DNA of 64,000 nt from Salpingoeca rosetta (Eukaryota > Protista > Choanoflagellata): contig JAWQFM010000003.1 of NCBI GenBank assembly GCA_033442325.1, positions 643,825 through 707,824 of the forward strand. Direction: 5' to 3'. Below, piece after piece: positions 41,800 to 55,630 of this stretch (positions are counted from its first letter, which is position 1; each line of letters begins with the position of its first letter). A program made the translations under genes and the position numbers. The notes beneath the pieces are model-generated. The model searched no databases and had not been told where the DNA came from. It saw nothing but the letters and a program-made list of their open reading frames with translations.

Positions 41800-42549
41800 A
41801 GCAGCAAGAAGGGGGCATGCAGTGCTTACGGTCTGTGGAGGGAAGCAGGGCTAGGCTCAGGGCCATCATGTAGTGCCGTGGCGTGGCAATGACTTGCAAC
41901 AGCTCAAACGGCTCTATAACACACACACACAGACACACACACACACAGACACACAGACACACAGACACACAGACACACACACAAGGATAGGAGCAGAGGC
42001 AGGTGCATATCAGTTTGAATGGTGATTTGTTAAACCCATTACAGCAGCGGGCATCCTCGGGATTTGCAATGAGCATCGTTCTTGTCACTGACCTGAAGGC
42101 TTGTGGCTCTGCCATAGCCTGACCGTCTCATCACCGGCACTGGAGGCAATGATGGCGCGACCAGAGGAGAAGGAGCGCGCCTCCACGTCCGTGACAGACT
42201 CGGCGTGTTCCTTGAGAACTTGAACCGTGCTCCATGTGTGAGGCACGTCTGCACTCTTCCTCCACAGCCTGAGCGTCTTGTCTGATGAGCCCGTGACAAG
42301 CAAACTTGGTGCGAAGGAGACGCTGCCGGCATCGTCCACATGCCTCATCCACCGCACGCAGTTGACGCGGGCCGAATGGCCCGTACATGTCTGCTGCACC
42401 TTCTGCGGCACATCAGCGCTCGCCTTTGGAGACACCGCCCAACCAACGAATGAACCATGAATGCAATGCAACAGGACACAGGATGAATCGCATGATTCCG
42501 AGCAGGGACGCACACTCACACACGCACACACACGCACACGCACACACAC

Positions 42550-42585
<36 letters not shown>

Positions 42586-42964
42586 GCACGCACACACACG
42601 CACACGCACACACGCACACGCACACACACACGCACACACGCACACACACACACACACACACGCACACGCTCACACACACACACGCGCGCACACGCTCACA
42701 CACACACACGCGCGCACACACGCACACATGCGCACACGCTCACACACACACACGCGCGCGCGCACACAACACACACGCAACACGCACACAGCCTTCCTCA
42801 GAGCGGTATTGAGAGCGCACCGAGTTGTGGTTGATAAAGACGAAGCAGGAAGCAGCATATGCGACCACGTCGCTGTCCGTGTTCCAATCCAAGCAGCCCG
42901 TATCGCTGTTCACCCCAGCGCTCGCCAGCACATGCTGCACACGCACGTTGTCGTCCTCCGCCAT
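37309..42964 (-). CDS. ELP2: Elongator complex protein 2 (WD40 repeats), multi-exon
   Basis: Motifs [57 protein letters not shown]|[48 protein letters not shown] and HDRIIW. The last exon reads [19 protein letters not shown]-stop. Confidence 0.95.
41736..41806. repeat. (CAT)n(CAG)n trinucleotide repeat in an ELP2 intron
   Basis: A compound trinucleotide run is directly visible. Confidence 0.9.
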
Positions 42965-43413
42965 CGTCTCCGCTGCCGTGCTTGTGTTATGTCTGCAAGG
43001 GCAAAAATGACTTGTTAAACAAGTCAACTTTTACTTTGCCCCAACAGATACAGCAGCCACAGCGGTTGTTGATTTGAACAGCAGTTGTGTTAACTTTTGT
43101 TTGGTGGCCCTGCTGGCTGTGCGATCGCGTTGAGCTTCTTGTCTGCCTCCCTGCGGCTTGTGTGCGTGCGTGTGCGTCTGGCTGAGTGTGGAGTGGACGC
43201 TCGCCTCATGGGTTTGAGCAAGAGGGGCGTGAATTGGGTTTGAGTTGCTTGTTTGTTCTCAGTAGCCAGCCGACGGCTGATTGTCGTTATATTGTTATCA
43301 GCACTTTGGCATTGTTACAACTGCCGCGTCTCGTCGCTGCCACCACTGTGAAGCGACATCATCTCGGATTAACAGCAGCGTGAGCACTGGGTGGCACCGC
43401 CACAGCCGCCGCC

Positions 43414-44206
43414 ATGTTCCAAAGCAAACAGGCCACGCCCGAAGCCTTGCAGGCCAAGGTCTTGGACACAAAGCGCGTGCCGCTCAAGCGCCTCAAATCT
43501 CTCAAGGAGCTCGTCGACCACGGTGCGTGTGAATGTAGACATGTGTGTTCACATGTTTGTATTTGTGTGTATTTGTGTGTGTGTGTGTGTACCTGTGGTA
43601 GTGGCTGCAGTGCCGTCTTTGCATCAGCCACGAAGGATATGTTCGCGCAGCTCCATCGTCCAATTGTCACACACACACATGCACACACACACACATACAC
43701 ACATGTGCACACATCTTGACGCTTGACAGCTGGCATCACACCAAATGGGTTGGACGACTTTGTACGAGAGAACAGCTTGGCCATCTACTGGGCCATCCAG
43801 CAGGCCTATGAGAAACTCAAGCAGGACCTGCTGGCCAAGAGTGCGTTCCCTCAAACTGCAGATGTTGCTGTTGCTGTTGGTTGATGGTGAAGGTTGTTGA
43901 ATACGGCCTGTCTCGGTCATGTGCCTTACATGTGCTGTGGCACATGTGGTACATGTGCTCTGGCACTGCGACTGCTGTCTCACGAAGCACACACAACGCA
44001 CACCATTCCATAGGCGCACGATCAAAGGCAGCACCAGACTCACTCCGCTCACAGCTCTTCGACTATGTTCTCCCGTCCCTCTCTGTACGATGAAAATGCA
44101 TGCGGTTGTGGCCCTCATGGTGATGGTCATAATGCTGATGGTGTTCGTGTTCGTCCACTGTGCTCCGTGCATTGAATGCCTTTGTCTCCCGCGAGCGTGC
44201 AGCTCG

Positions 44207-44248
<42 letters not shown>

Positions 44249-47200
44249 CACACACACACACACACCCTCATCTGAACAATTGCACATTTCACACGTGCGC
44301 AGATCATGTTTGAGGCGATACCTGACCAATTCTACCGTAAGTGGCAGTTCCGCAGCATCTCCATCGTGCTTCCAGACCTCCTCGCCGAAGGAAACCAGCT
44401 CAGGTGCGTGGTGTTCACACACACACACATACACACACACACACACTTGTGGCTGCATCACCACACATCCATCCACATGTGGCTGCGTTGCTGGTCCTGT
44501 GTGGCCAGCACACGCTGAGTGCTGGTGTCATCTCACCTCAGCCTTACTCTTCTTCGTCTTCGCCTTTTTGTTGTGGTTGTGACTGTGACTGTGGTTGTGG
44601 GTGCAGTCTGCGCAAGGAAGGCATTCGCCTCTGCGTTCACTGGATTTCTCTTCTCAGAGAGAACTTAACGGTACGCACGTGCGACAACACCACACCCACA
44701 ATGCCAGAAAGCAGCCGTCATGCATTCCTGCACATCCATCCGTGCCCTCCCATGTGCCCTCACCGCTGCTGCCTGTTCCATCACCAATTTATCACCACCA
44801 CCAACAGACGACAGCGCTTGACATTTTCTCCAGCGTCTACGCCGCCCCAAGCGAGGTGCTACGCTGTGCCCTTTGCAGCTTGTGTGTGAATGTGTGTATG
44901 TGTATGTGCGCAGTTGTGTGTGAATGTGTGTATATGTATGCGTGTGTGTGTGTGTGCGTGTGTGTGCAGTTGTGTGTGCGCGCGCGCTGTGTTGTGTGTG
45001 TGTGTGCGTGTGCGTGTGTTTGTTTGTGTGTACAAGCCCTAAGGCGCACAATGCAACACAACATCTTTTCTGCTCCCTTCACACCTTCCAATTCCTTCCT
45101 TTCCTTCACACACACACACATATTTCACCTGCGTGCGTGCAGCAAAACTCGCGTTCAGGCCTCCTCCTGCCTGAACTCGGCAGCGCGCAGGCGATGGTGG
45201 CCGCCCCAGAGCACCTCCAGTACCAGCTGCTTGAGTTGCACCACCACCCGCTCGCTGAACTCATCGACTTCATGCTCGGCTGCATCACCAGCCTAACACG
45301 TGTCGGTGAGCCGCACTCTGTGGTGTGCGTGTGTGTCCGTGTGTGTATGTGAACGCGTATGGTTGTCAGGTTTTGTCTCGGCTCGTGTGTTTCTCCGTGG
45401 TTGTGACTGTATTCGTCCCCCCCCCCCAAGAGTGAAGACAGCACAATCAACTGCTTGTTTGCTGACGTGGCTTCAGCGCACATTCAGCCTCTGTCCTCAT
45501 TCAGCCTTCGCCCCCTCATACCGATGTGCCCACTCGCCGCTTCTGGCCACAATGCCTCTCGACCAGTGCACACAAACGGAACGCAGAAGACATACGACAC
45601 CACGTCGTTCCTGTTTGTGTTCCGGCTGTGGCTGCACCAGTACTTCTGCCGCCTATGCCCTGCTGCTGCCATTCGCGCTGGCCTGTCCCCGCTTCAGCCA
45701 ACCGTGCTCGAGCGCAGCAACAGCCCATCGCCGCGGTCCGCCCGCGCAGCAGCGCCCTCGGCAGCGCGAGCACCACAGACCACACAATCCACGCAGTCCA
45801 CACAATCCACACAGTCCACACACGGTGCACATGCACAGCAGGCTGGCAGCGGCAGCAGCGGCAACAGCAGCAACAGCAGCAGCAGGAACGACACGATCAG
45901 CAGCAGGAGCGCGACGTCCACGGTTGTGGGTGCGTCCCCACCGCTCCAGAGGCGGTCGGTTGAGGCGCTCCAGGCCCCGGAGGTCACGTGCTCCATGCGC
46001 GTACACGAGGTGATCACACGCTGGTTTGTGCACTGGTTCACGTCGCCGGACCCAAGGTGCGAGGCCATCCGCAAGTCCATCCAGAACGACACCACCATCA
46101 TGAAAGTGGCGGACGAGGTGTTCAAGCTTACCCTTGCGGCTGCGCAGCCAACGGCGCCCGTCACCACGGCAGCGACCGGAAAGGCGGCCCAGCGACGCCA
46201 GGCCAAGCTGGGGTCGTCATCCCCGTCATCGCGACGCGGCGCAACCGGGCCCTCCATCCCGCGGCTTGCTGAGCAGAGCCTGTTTGACCGCACGTCTCTG
46301 CAGGACGACTCGCAGCTGCCGCACCAGGTGCTCGCTGTCTACCGCCGCTGGCTCGGACGTCCACCGGCATCACAGGCCTTCTTTCCCTCGTCTGCGCTAT
46401 CACCTGGCGGCGGCGGCGGTGGTGGTGGTGGTTACTCGCGGCGCGTGTCGACTGTTGGTGTTGGCGTCACTGTTGCACAGCACAGGTCCTCCTCCAGCGT
46501 TGGTGCCGGGACAGCGGCCACGTCGGGCTCATCGTCGTCGTCGCTGTCGTCTGTGACCGGTGCGGTAGTCCCAGGTGGTGGGTCGGCGTCCAATGTGCAC
46601 AGCACCGCGGGCACCGCGTCTGCTCGTCACCAACATCGACAGTCATCACGACAGCAGCAACAACAGCAGCAACAACAACATCTGCAACAGCCTCCGCAGC
46701 AGCGTGTGTTGTCATCGTCGTCGTTTGTGCCACAGGGTGCACCGATCCCCGAGGAGCCCGAGGCAGAGCCGCCTCTCATCAAGGCACCGGCTAGTGCCGA
46801 TAGCACTGCAGACAACAAACCCAGCACTGAGGATGACGATGGCGACCTTGATTCAACACGTGCACAGCTTGGCAGCAGCACATCTGCTGCAGCGAGCGAG
46901 AGCACAAGCGCAAGTGCAAGCACAACATCGAGTGCACGCGTGCATGTGTCCATGAGTCCGACAGCAGCGCGCAAGAACATCCCACAGCCGCAGTCTGGTG
47001 GAAGGGGGAGCCCAATTACGACCGCTGTTGAACTGCAGACAACACTGCAGCCGCAACTGTCGAAGCTGTTGACCCAGAGCGTGCATTGCATTGACTCAAA
47101 GGTCAAGGATGTGATGCAGCTGAATTCTGTCACAGACCTTCGTCGCATCATTGCTTCCATCTACACCAACGTTGCGCAGGTGTTCCGGCAACCGACAGCA

Positions 47201-47474
47201 CCGCTGTTTGACACGCAGGCGCGGCGCAGCTTTGTTCTGCTCTGTCAGACGGCGCTCACCATATTCCGGCGCATTTGCCTCTGCCACGTGCAGAGCCTGA
47301 CTCCAATCATGTGTGCCGATGTGCTCGAGGTGTGCGTCACATTGATTGATCGCTTGTGTCTGTGTGTGTGTGTGCATGTGTGTGTTTTGTATGTACATGT
47401 TTGTGTTTTGTATGTGCGTGTGTGCGTGCGTGTGTGCGTACGTGTGTGTGTGTGTGTGTGTGTGTGCGTGTGTG

Positions 47475-47520
<46 letters not shown>

Positions 47521-48391
47521 CTGAGCAGGATGCGCGACCCTGTTGCAGTTTGTTTTTGTTGTTGGTGAAATTGGTTCACTTGCTGCGTATCTGTCGCGTG
47601 CTCGACTTTCTGGCGCCGAATCACAGCAACCCCCTTTCCTATTCTAGCTCATCCTCCGTCAACGCCCATGATTGCGTGCCTTCAACCTGCTGCAATTACA
47701 GATCTTGCGGGAGACGCCTGGCCGCCTGCTGAAGAACGTGACCCCTTCCTCCCCCATTGGCCGCGCCCTTCCCGGCCCAATCTTCGAGACAGTGCTGGTT
47801 GCACACGTGCGAGTTGCCGCAGAGTACCCCGAGTGGATGGACGACCAGTGGCCCAACCTTGCTGCCTGCTTGCACCCGTTCACATCCTGGGCTGAGCTTG
47901 GCCGCAGCTGGGCAGCGTGCACGCTCTGTGTGACGCGCTGCATCCAGCAAGGGATGGTGGATGCAGCCATGGCGCTTGAAGAGCACGACAAAGCTGCCGC
48001 CACGACCGTGTCATCCTCGCGGTCATCCCCTGCTTCCACGTCGGCATTTCCCGGGGCAACGGAGGGCAGCGCGCCGCGGCGAAGGCGGCGCACGGGCACG
48101 GGCGACTCCGTGTTTCGTGGTGAGAGCCAAGGCGGCGGTGGTAACGATGGCCGCGACAATGGCGACGTTGGTGATGTTGGTGGTGGTGGTGATGGTGGTG
48201 GCGATGGGGAAAATAAGCGTGGACAAGAGAAGCGAGAACATGACACGCGCAGGGCTGACGATGATGGCGAGCAGCACACAACAACGGAGAGGTTAACCCC
48301 GCCTTTGGAGGCTGCGGCGCAAGACAACAGCAGTGACGCCAAAGGTATGGACGGGACTGGAACGGGCACGTCTTCTTCCCCACCCCCTCCA

Positions 48392-48472
<81 letters not shown>

Positions 48473-50710
48473 GAGTCATCTTCTGTGAGTACGCCGGTGT
48501 CGCGGCAGTCGAGCCATAACGCCAGCCCACCCGACCACCATGCCACCGCCACCGCAGCTACAACTACAAGTGAGCGTCGCCCCCGCTTTGGGTCAAACTC
48601 GAGTGCCACCGGCCCGCATCCACGCCGCGGCCACCCCCGTCTCTCCCTGCGCTCCACCACCTCTGCGTCGGGCCGCAGCGCCGGTTACGGCGACAGCAGT
48701 GGCCCACACCATCACCACCACCAACAGCATCACCAACAGCAGCACGCCGCGCCACCGTCGCCTTTTCGCAGCCCAGGTGGACCGCTCTCTGGCTCGCCTG
48801 GCGGTTCCCAGCGCGCATCGGGGGCGGCCATCCCTGGGCGGTTGTGCAGGGGCGCAAGTCACCTCTCGCTCAGCTCAGCAGCGCCAGACGGGAATGAGCA
48901 GCGGTTCTCTGACCTGGTGCAGCCGCTCTGCTCGCTCGACGCCAACACGCAGCTGCGCATTTGGCGGCACCTTGCGCTGTTCTTTGGCGATTTCAACGCC
49001 ATTGATATTCCCCGCACGCACTGCCTGATTGTGCGCACGTACGGCAGCGTGTTCAAGCTGCTGCACGCAGGCTTCCTCCATGCCGATGACGGCTACCTCG
49101 GCGATTGGGTGCCGCCATTCATGCCGTGGCTGTTTGAGGCCATGGTGCTGAGCCCACGCTTTGCCGAGAGCAAGTATCGCTGCAATCAGCTGGTGTGCGA
49201 GGTGCTGGTGGCCACGGTGGCTGCTCGCCCGGCCCCGCCCAAGGACGTGCTGCACGCCTTTCTCTCCCACCTTGCCCGCGTGCTGCTGCATGCCGACACG
49301 GCCATGGTGTACACGGCGCTGCGCACGTGCTGGGCCCTCGTCGGTCTCAACCTCCCAGGCGCCACGCTGCTCTACCCGCGGCTCGTCGATGTGTGCACGC
49401 TGTGCCTCAACTCACTCCCCGTTGGCTTCCACCAGCAACTGCAGCATCCTGCGACCGCGGGCGTTGGTGCCGATGCGGTGCGCGGTGTCAGGTGGTCACG
49501 GACACAAGGGCCTGCGTCCGCCACCAGCAGCCTTCGCCAAGGCCTGACGGCGCCAAGCCGTGCGCTCTCCCCTAGCCCTGCTCACGCTGCTGCCCATGCA
49601 TCATCTTCCACGCGCTCCTCGCACACATCAACGCCACAGCCGCCGTCGTCCTCGTCATCGGGACGTTCCCCTAAACAACCGCGCCGCTCAAAGATCTCCA
49701 TCTTCCCAGACTCGCCAAAGCAGCAGCGACACCAGCCCGCTTCACAACAGCAGCAACAACAGCAACAACAACAGCAACAACAACAGCAACAACAACAGCA
49801 ACAGCCACAACACTCTGTCCGAGGTGCCATCTCCACATCCCCTCCCCCAGTGCAGCAGCAGCAGCAGCCGCAGCAACCGCCCATGCTCGGGTCTGTGCCC
49901 GGTTCAGCTGCTGGCAGCCAGCATTCGCTCATTCTCCCACGCATTGTTGGAGGCGCAGCGAGTACGACTGCCGTGGCCTCGCGCCGGCCGCCAGCCTCTG
50001 CAGACCAGCACACGGGCCCGCTGGAAGGCAGCGAGGATCTTCCCTTGATGGCTCTACTTGGAATTGCGCCACACGACCTGCTCACCTCGCACGATGACGC
50101 GGCAAGCTTCAGCCCGCATGACATCGGTGTGTCGCCCCACCCGAGCGTGTCCAGCTTGTCCATGCACGCACAGGGTGCCGCTGCAGGTGCTGGCAGTGGC
50201 ATGAGTAAGTTTTCTGCCGCACGGCCTGTGGTCGAGGTCGCCGTGCTGCTTGCGTCCATGGCGTGCTTGCCGGTTGCGTATGACGGCATGAGCATCCCTC
50301 GCATGGAAGTGCAGGTAGCACAGGCATGTGCGCAGCAGCGACAGCAACTACAACAACAATCCCAGGGCGCAACAACCACAGCAACACCAAGCACCAACGA
50401 GGACGTGAACGCTGACATGGAGGAGGCCAAGGCCCGCAATGGTCGGAGCTCGCGAACTGTCGCCGAGCGTGGCCGCTCACGCAGCAGCAGTAACGCTTCC
50501 ATCACCTCCACACATTCGCACGCAGGATCAAGAGAGGATGACGAATTTCGGACAGCGCCCGCCCCAGTCCCGCCTGTTCGGCACAAGCGCAAAAGCAAAG
50601 CAAACCGGGGTCGGAAAACGTCGTCGCCGCCAGATGTGGGCAAGAGTCTGCACGCACCAAAGCTCACCCGTCCACGCTCGGGCAGCTTGGGCATGTTCCG
50701 CGCCCAACAA

Positions 50711-50748
<38 letters not shown>

Positions 50749-53391
50749 GCAGCAGCAGCAGCAGGGAGGTGGACAAGGCGATGATTGTGGTCGCGACAGG
50801 ACGCCGAGCTCAACGTCCCCTGCCCGTTTGCTCCGGCGTGACTCTGCACTGCCGTATGCGCCCACGTCACATTTGCAATCGCCAGGTGGTGGAAGTAACC
50901 TGCTTGCGCAGGACTCTCGCTCGCACGGCGATCTGCGGTCCATCACGGACTCCACGCCGTCGTCGCCCTCACACCAGCAGGGCGCCGCGTCTTCGTTCCG
51001 CCAGGGCCAGCGACGCGTTGCAACGCCATCCAGTCTCAGCCCTCTTTCCAAGCAGCCGACCACGGCAGCAGCCGCGGCTGAACAGCAAATGCCACGACGC
51101 CGCGGCAGCAGCCAGGCCGTTGCAGCGAGCGCGTCACCACCTGCCACCCGCTCACCAGTGGCACTGCTGCTGACGCCAGAGCGAATGTCCTCACAGCAGC
51201 AGCAGCAGCAGCCGCAGCAGCAGCAGCAAGACCGGCCACGTTCGCACAGCAACCACGAGCGCCGTGCCTCCCCGCCAGCGCTGCAGCTAACTCCCGGCCG
51301 TCGAGCGGCGGGCGCTGGGCAGCAAGACCCCGACGAGGGACACAACGACGCACTGCTGCTGGAAGAGGAGGCAATCACAAGCATGCAGACACTGCAAGCG
51401 TCTGTGCAGCGAGGATTGAGGCAGGTGGTGCTGTGCGAAACCCACGTGCAAGCGCAACGCATCAGCCTGCAAGGTTTGTACATCCTGGGTCTCAGTGCCC
51501 TGCTGAACAGGAGCAGCAGCAGCAGCAGCAGCAATAATGACAACGGTCATAACAACAGCGGCATTGATCCACTGGATCACGCTGTCAGCACGACTCACCG
51601 ATGCGTGCAAGTGCTGATCGCGTGCCTGTCGCACCCATCGCTGGAGCTATCGATGACGGCCGTGTCTCTGCTGCACGCACTACATGAGCACGCAGGTGCG
51701 CTGGTCACTGCGAGCCCAGCTGTGGTATCGGAGGTCTTGCTCGGCTTGAGCGTTGCACTTGTGCGCGAAACGCAGACAGACGACACAGACGATGGTGGCG
51801 ACGGCGGTGGTGATGACGGTGACAGTTGTGGCGACATGCCTCCCCCGACCGAGCTGGTGATCCCACTTGTGCTGGCACTGCGCGACTGGCTGTTGCGCTT
51901 ACCGCAGTCGTTTTCAGAGCAGCACGATGGCGTGGTTGGCGGGTGCATCCGCGCCCTGCTGCAGGCCGCCGGTGTGGAACATGCCGAGGAAAGCGAGTTG
52001 CTTGCTGCTGCAGTTACCACTTCTGCCGCTACCACTGCTGCTGCTGCTGCTGCTGGCACAACCACGGCCACGTCTGCGTGTGCTTCTCCCAAGTCGGGAT
52101 CAAAGGAGGACGGCACTATTGACGCCGGTGGCCGCGCCGTCCATGCTGACGTGCTGGCAACTCGGCCAGGGGAGCACGCGTCACAGCTGTTGCATGACCC
52201 TGCATCTGCTCCCAGCACGGCTGACCTCGAGCCAGGGTCTGACGCAAGCGCTGCCTCGCCCACGTCTGCACAACAGCAGGCACTCGCATCGCCCGCCGCC
52301 CGCCGCCCACGCAGTGCACGTGCCAGCTGGCAGGCAGATGCGACTCTGGGATCCAAGCACCGAGACATGTCTGCCTCCCCAGCACTTCAACAACAGCAAC
52401 AACGCCACCACCACCAGCAGCACCAGCAGCAAGGAGGGGCCGCGCCTAATGCTGCGAATACGACCAGTCTCGCCACCACCACCACCACCGCCACCAACGT
52501 CAACACCAGCGGCAGCACCATAGCTGGCGACGCCGAAGACCTGCTGGCGTGGAACACAGACGACATGATCGCCCTGTTCACGCATGCAGCCGCGCCCCAG
52601 CCTGTTTCCGCGCTGCCGTTGCGCAACACCAGTCTTGTTGAGGCGCTTGATCGCGGTACACGTAGCGGGTCGATGCTGCGCCGCCGTCGCCTGCGCAAGG
52701 ACCGCAGCCCGTCCACGTCCGGCAACAAGCACGGGCCGGCGCAGCAGGAGGCATCACCAGACACCCGCAAGCCCGGCGTTGGCGCTCAGCCAGGCACTGG
52801 CGTCGGAACAGCAGGCTTTGGCGGCGGTGGAGGGCGTGCAAGGCTATTGTCTGCACGAAGTGACAACAATGGCACAGCGTGCACAGCGATACCCTCGCCA
52901 ACGACGCCTGGTGGCCCTGTGTTCGTGGCTGCGAAAGACGTGCGCGATGCTGCGGAGTGTGCGCTGTCGTATGTGCTGCACTACACGGGCTGCTTCCCCG
53001 GCCCCGCTGGCGCGGCGCTGCTCGACTCGACCGTGACAGAGACAGCGACGGGCGAGCCGCTGTCCCCGGCAGCCCTCGGGCACCCGGGCCTGCAGTTCTT
53101 CTCCTGCAACGATGTCCTGGTGTCGTTCCAGGAAACGCATGGCAGCTGCCACGTGGTTGTGCGCAACATTGCGGGCAAGTTTGTGTGGGACCTGGGACCT
53201 GCCGTTGGCGCGGGCGGTCGGCAGCGCAAGCTCATGCCGCGGCGGCCAACTCTCGACCTGCACAAGCACGGTGTGGAGAAGGGCAAGCGCGGCAGCGGCC
53301 TGCTTGGCGTGCATGGCGACGACCTTCGGCGCAGCGCCAGCTTGAGCATGGCCGCATCTGCAGTGCGAAAGCGCCGTGAGCGTGCGAGACA

Positions 53392-53430
<39 letters not shown>

Positions 53431-55435
53431 TGAGACACGTGCACAAGCAGACACGGACGATGGCGAAGGGGTGAATGTGCCCTCGTTGCCAGCGACACGC
53501 GCATCAGGCACAGGATCTCAGGACAGTGGCGCCACCAGCACTGGCGGTGATGGTGACGGGAGCGTTCGTCCGCGGTCGCGTGTGAGTGCAGCGGCGCGAG
53601 CAGCGGCAGCAAAGGTGCGCGGGCGCATCAGCAGCAGGGCAGAGCGAGAGGAGGGCACGACGTCGCCTGGGGAACCGCAACAGTTCACTTCACGGCCCCA
53701 GTCTCGCAACCACGCGTCATCAGCAACGGCCGTCGATGAAGGCACACCTCGACAGGATGGGCAGGCACATGAATCACGGACGCCTGGGACTGACCCGGAC
53801 GAGGATGGTCATGGCAACAACAATGACGGCCGTGCAGACGTGGCAGAAACTGCAAGTGGGGCTGGCAGGCGGCCACTGCGCCGGTATGGCAGCGTGTATT
53901 CTGGTGAGAGCGTGAGCGGGAACGCACACCATGCCAATGACGGTGACAGCGGTGATGGAGACGATGGGCAGGATGAGGATGAGGATGAGAATGAGAATGG
54001 GGATGAGAATGAGGATGAGGATCCAACAATGGTGTGGCAGTCGCTCCTGTCTGGAGAACAAAAGGTTCCGTGCCGGGTGCTCGCTGCACACGAGGACAGC
54101 ACGACGTCCGTGGCGCTGCCATCGTTTGGTGATCCCGGCGACATTCACACGGTGGTGCCAGCGGAGGCGCGGGTGAGCTTTCTCCTGCACTACTTGGACG
54201 CAACCGCTGGTGATAAAGGCTTGCACCCGACGGTGTTTGATGGCCAGGGTGGACAGCTGGTGCAGGCACCGGCGTCGGTGCTGAGGGCTGCCGATGCAGC
54301 CCGTGCGTGCCATGAGACGCTGCAAGAGCGGACGGCGACCACGGCCGCGCGGGCGGCCATCTCGCCCGCGTTTGTGGGCGACGAGAGCGCATTTGCACCC
54401 CTGTTTGACACGAGCACAGGGTCAACCACACCACCCGGAGCAGCGACGGCAGGTACGACAGGCAGCTCAAGGCAAATGCGTGCGCTGGCGGCTGGCGGGG
54501 CTGCAAGCGGCGTCGACCTTGACACCACGGGCGCGCGGCTGCGGCGGGACGCGTTTGCCATGTGCCGCTCGCTGCTGATGGAGGTTGGCCTGCTGTCGTG
54601 GGGATCGGACGCGTCGCTGTTTGCGCTGAACAAAGGCAACAAGCTGCTGCGTGAGCTCAAGCACCTGGATACGGCTGGCGGGGTGCGGGAGCAGCACAAG
54701 GTCGCTGTCATCTATGCGGGCCCGCAGCACCGCACCAAGGAGGAGATCATCACGGGCGTGCGCACGAGCGTGGAGTTTGAGGAGTTTCTGGCGCAGCTCG
54801 GGTGGCAGGTGAACATTGACGAGCATCGCGGGTACGCGGGCAAAGTGTCGTCGGCGGAGTTTCCCGGGTGCCTGCTGCCCTATTACGCCACCCCCACGCT
54901 GGAGGTGCTGTTTCACGTGACCACGCGCATGTGTCCCTTGGGGCCTGGGCAGGCTGCGCGCAGTGGCAGGGCGGTGGTGACCGAGGACGGGGCGCTGCTG
55001 TCGGCGGAGGTGCGCAAGCATGTGTACAAGTCGCGCTGGGTGCACGTTGGCAACGATTCTGTGCACATTGTGTGGTGCGAGCAGGCGCGGGAGTTTCAGC
55101 CGGAAATCTTCCAGACGCGGTTTGGGGAGGTCACGATTGCCGTGTACCCGATGACCAATGGCCTTTTCCGCATCCACGTGTTCAACAAGTCCTCGGTGGC
55201 TGTTGGGCCCCTGTTCCATGGGGCGGTGGTGGACATGGCGTGCCTGCCGAGCCTTGTGCGGGAGACGGCGGTCAATGCGGGGCGTGCGCTGCGGCAGAGC
55301 GCCACGAGCAAGCAGTTTATCAGCACGCGGCTGGAGAGCATCCGCAAGATTACGCGCTCCCTCCGCGTTGACCAGTCGTTTGAGGACCTCAACGCGTCCA
55401 TCATCTTCCCCACAAAGCCGCAAACGCCAACTTGA
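43414..55435 (+). CDS. RALGAPA: Ral GTPase-activating protein alpha subunit-like (C-terminal Rap-GAP domain), very large and rich in polyQ and low-complexity sequence; last exons 45567-47329 and 47702-55435
   Basis: N-terminal KVLDTKRVPLKRLKSL, PDQFYRKWQFRSISIVL and LRKEGIRL match the RALGAPA1/2 N-terminus. C-terminal LLRELKHLD, HKVAVIY, LGWQVNIDEHRGYAG, PYYATPTLEVLFHVTTRM, HVGNDSVHIVWCE, FGEVTIAVYP and GPLFHGAVV form a Rap-GAP fold with the Asn thumb. Confidence 0.9.
48395..48472 (+). repeat. Pure (CAA)26 coding repeat (polyQ) in RALGAPA
   Basis: 78 nt of uninterrupted in-frame CAA. Confidence 0.95.
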
Positions 55436-55561
55436 CACGTGCTTGAGAGAAGGCGAGAAAGTAGTAGTCGTAGGAGGAGGAGGAGGAGGATGTGTGTGTA
55501 TGTGCTGCTCGAAGGAGTGGGTGGGCGTTGCCGTGGCACTCTGCTTTTGTCGTGTATCTTT

Positions 55562-55567
55562 AATAAA
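55562..55567 (+). terminator. Candidate polyadenylation signal (AATAAA) of the RalGAP gene
   Basis: AATAAA lies 127 nt after the RALGAPA stop codon. Confidence 0.3.
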
Positions 55568-55630
55568 TTTCGTCACAAGAAGTGATCTGGCCTGCTGGTC
55601 AAACAACAAACGGGAGACGCAGCATCGGCC

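Noticed and set aside
49582-51543. 653-aa minus-strand ORF, and similar ones such as 58918-60438 and 9537-10556
   Set aside because: Antisense shadows of GC-rich coding exons, with no recognisable motifs.
54640-55435. Rap-GAP domain as TSC2/tuberin or Rap1GAP
   Set aside because: The N-terminal exons (KVLDTK, WQFRSI, RKEGIRL) and the GAP motifs fit RalGAP-alpha specifically.
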